A DNA stretch of 37,248 bases from Octopus sinensis (lineage: Eukaryota): contig NW_021836836.1 of the NCBI RefSeq assembly GCF_006345805.1, positions 1-37,248 of the forward strand. Direction: 5' to 3'. The notes beneath the pieces were generated by a model, which did not search any database, was not told the origin of the DNA, and saw only the letters and a program-made list of their open reading frames with translations. The position numbers were made by a program, and so were the translations under genes. Positions 34,645-37,248 of this stretch are shown piece after piece (position 1 is the first letter of the stretch; each line of letters begins with the position of its first letter).

Positions 34645-35235
34645 TACATATATATATACATACATACACACACATCAATAGCATTAAGGCAAGGAACATG
34701 GTATTTATATACTATTGACAACAAAACACTTATCAATTTTATCTATTCTCCTATCTCCTCTCCTCTTCTCCATCTCTTCGGATTCCTCTTCTCTTATTTT
34801 CAAACACACAGTAATACACATTCTTTTATACTTGGCCAACACCACAGCAGTACCATTATTTACATAAATCTAAAAGTGAATGAGGAAACCACTATGTGGT
34901 GATTTGATATGCTAGAAATAAAAACAAAAAAAAAATCACTTGCAATTTATCACCTTATTTTAAAAAACAAAAACACAGAAGTACATTAAATAATTGTTTT
35001 TTAAACTTTTTTTTAAAGCCAAGACAATACAAGTTGTAAGAATTAATACAAGTCGATGGTACTGTTTGTAAGTTTTACCTTGCATATCACGATTTTTAGG
35101 TCAGAACCTCTTTAGGAAACCTTGAGGTCTGCTCACAACACACATCTCAGAAGATTTCCTGAAGAAGGAATCCAAACCCCAAAATATTAAAACACATATA
35201 TATATGTGTGTGTGTGTGTATGTGTGTGTGTGTGT

Positions 35236-35446
35236 GTGTGTCTGTGTTTGTCCCCCTAGCATTGCTTGACAACCAATGCTGGTGTGTTTACGTCCCCGTC
35301 ACTTAGCGGTTCGGCAAAAGAGGCCGATGAATAAGTACTGGGCTTACAAAAGAATAAGTTCCAGGGTAGATTTGCTCGACTAAAGGCGGTGCTCCAGCAT
35401 GGCCGCAGTCAAATGACTGTAACAAGTAAAAGAGAGTAAAGAGTAA
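35236..35446 (+). mobile_element. SINE family A, 3' half
   Basis: Match from the central TG tract to the gagtaaagag tail. Confidence 0.88.
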
Positions 35447-35585
35447 CTAGAAATCCGAGCATCAATTTAAATTTCTCATTTCCTCTTTTTAATTATCGTT
35501 ATACAATCTGTGAGGCATATTTTACGCATATTGAACAATACTTTGGATTTGCAAAGTGTTCCTTTTATAATCTATAGCAGTTTAA

Positions 35586-36053
35586 CCCTTAAGTATTCAA
35601 ACTAACTATATCTGGCCAAAATATTCTGTTTTATGTTTAAATTGGTCAGGTCCGACCTCTCACACCTACCCTACAATGTCACTCTATGAATAAGCAACCA
35701 CGTCGTCAAAATCTCAAAGCTATGAGATAATGCAGGATTAATTCAAACAATGTGAATAAAGGAGATGTACTCGCATAGCAAGTGACTTGATCTGAGATCG
35801 TGTGCTGGAACGAAAACAATTGCAGCGTGGAAGGTGTTTGTAAGCCATTTAAGAAACACACAAAAGCCGTTCAATTCACTCCAACATTTAAGTTTAATTT
35901 GTCAAAATATTTTCGCCGCTTTAAGATCGCGACCTGTTCACTGGCAAAAATCCGTGCTGCATCTGAGAAAGTAACAGTTAGTTCGTCAGATATATGTACG
36001 TATGTATGTGTGTATGTGAATGAACAAGTATTGCATTTGCATTTAACAAAGGG
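35586..36053 (-). mobile_element. piggyBac-type MITE carrying a 253-bp insertion
   Basis: TTAA-ccctt at 35582-35590 and aaaggg-TTAA ending 36057; interior matches the other copies. Confidence 0.7.
35761..36013. mobile_element. Unclassified short retroelement with a hammerhead-like motif on the minus strand
   Basis: Flanked by atgtgaat(a/g)aa at 35750-35760 and 36014-36024 (putative TSD, 1 mismatch); ends in (tatg)n; motif at 35898-35948. Confidence 0.55.
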
Positions 36054-37248
36054 TTAACTGAATACTACATTAACCAGGTTTATACATGAAGTGCTAAAAG
36101 GGGTGCTAGTCTGGATTATAATTATACCCTCAAATTTTATATACATGTCTTGCAAACAACTTGCACATGCAAGTGCTACCAGTTAAAAGCTCCGTATACC
36201 GGAAGCTAGCAAGTGTATGGGGTCATCAGGAGAGAAGGCGCGCCATTTCGGGGCCTACCTCTCGACGGCATCAATGCACACCAGCCCCCCTCACTGATAT
36301 GAGGCCCCGCTTGCTAGATCAGCTGGTTATGAAGAACTCAATATACTTCTAGCCATCACTCATTGTCTTTTTAACCAAATCCAGTAGCTAGCCTTCTCCA
36401 CTTATGTATATATATATGTATGTGTGTGTGTGTTTGTGCATATACACAAAGGTTAGTGACATTCTAGTAAATAACTAATAATTTTTTTTTAAAACTCTTT
36501 TTAAATCTGTTTTTTATACTTAGTAAAACCGTATCAAGTAATTTTCACAAAGACTTTTAAAAATATGGAGAGAGGGGGTGGGAAGAGACAGACAAACAGA
36601 TGGAGAAGAGAATGAAAGAGAGAGAAAAATCAATCACAATCAAGAAAATATGGTCCAATGACTTCTTTAATCCTACTTCACAGTTATGACGCTAAAAAAA
36701 ACATGGGGCTGTCTTTTGTCCTGCAATCTACAAGTCTGCCTGTGGATTTAGGTGATTCCAAGATTTTGTCTTGATTGATAAAAAGAAGCTAAATACAGAT
36801 TCGCAGGAGTAATGTCACTGCAAATGGAACGAGAACACAGTTCTTGGTGATATAATCTCTTAAACGTTTATTCTACATGTGAAGAATAACCAAGTTCTTG
36901 TGGAGGATTTTAAAGACATAGTTAATAGCTTTACTGTGAAAAACAATTTTGACAAAGTGTATATTTTCCCTCTCTTTTGCATCCTCTAAAATGCTATCTC
37001 ACAGTGCCACTAAGATGAAAAATGTAATTTACGCTGTATAGTTTATTGGACACTGTAATATCTTCATGCTTGCATAAGGATTAAGGATTTCAACATACTG
37101 TACTTAACAGGCATTTTTTATGTATATATATATATATATAGATATATATATATATATATGTGTAATTATTATATATATATATAATATTTGTTGTGCAAGA
37201 CTTTTCATGTGATATATATATATAATTATATATATATATATATATATG

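Noticed and set aside
431-35446. Roughly 2:1 minus-strand bias of SINE A copies as evidence of host gene orientation
   Set aside because: About 25 copies is too few, and the candidate exons lie on both strands.
36215-36260. Hammerhead or HDV-like ribozyme (CTGATGA and GAAA on the minus strand; 7-bp P1-like helix)
   Set aside because: Stem II cannot form for a hammerhead, and there is no P2 partner for an HDV fold.
286-37248. Most ORFs on the supplied track (Ile/Tyr-, His/Thr-, Val- or Asn-rich; recurring RQASFSFRLPNPLTRHW and YQIHSQG peptides)
   Set aside because: They are read-through of microsatellites or SINE family A; the same peptides recur wherever the SINE occurs.
1-37248. True tRNA genes
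   Set aside because: All A/B-box sequences are SINE heads continuing into SINE bodies; none forms a complete cloverleaf followed by a terminator.

Overview
Eukaryotic, AT-rich, repeat-saturated DNA, most likely intronic or intergenic sequence of an octopod cephalopod (inferred from the tRNA-derived SINE families and microsatellite load; not verified by search). I found no intact protein-coding gene. Nearly all ORFs on the supplied track are microsatellite or SINE read-through. Recognisable content: about 25 copies or fragments of one tRNA-headed SINE (family A), three further tRNA-SINE families (B, C, D), RTE-clade LINE 3' ends of at least two families, a CR1/L2-type LINE remnant, a mariner remnant split by an RTE insertion, a Helitron helicase remnant, a complete non-autonomous Helitron, four copies of a piggyBac-type MITE, Penelope-like termini, a 2.3-kb (GGT)-rich minisatellite and many microsatellites. 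Best leads: (1) a 463-bp chimeric retrocopy of a 28S rRNA segment fused to an RTE-type 3' end with (GAT)n tail, inserted as one unit with a 7-bp TSD into a MITE; (2) minimal hammerhead-ribozyme-like motifs with non-canonical cores in short retroelements, one with a compensatory G3-C8 swap; (3) an exact 31-bp locally templated insertion; (4) an unexplained GC-rich foldable island near 36.1-36.4 kb. All family labels A-E are my own working names.
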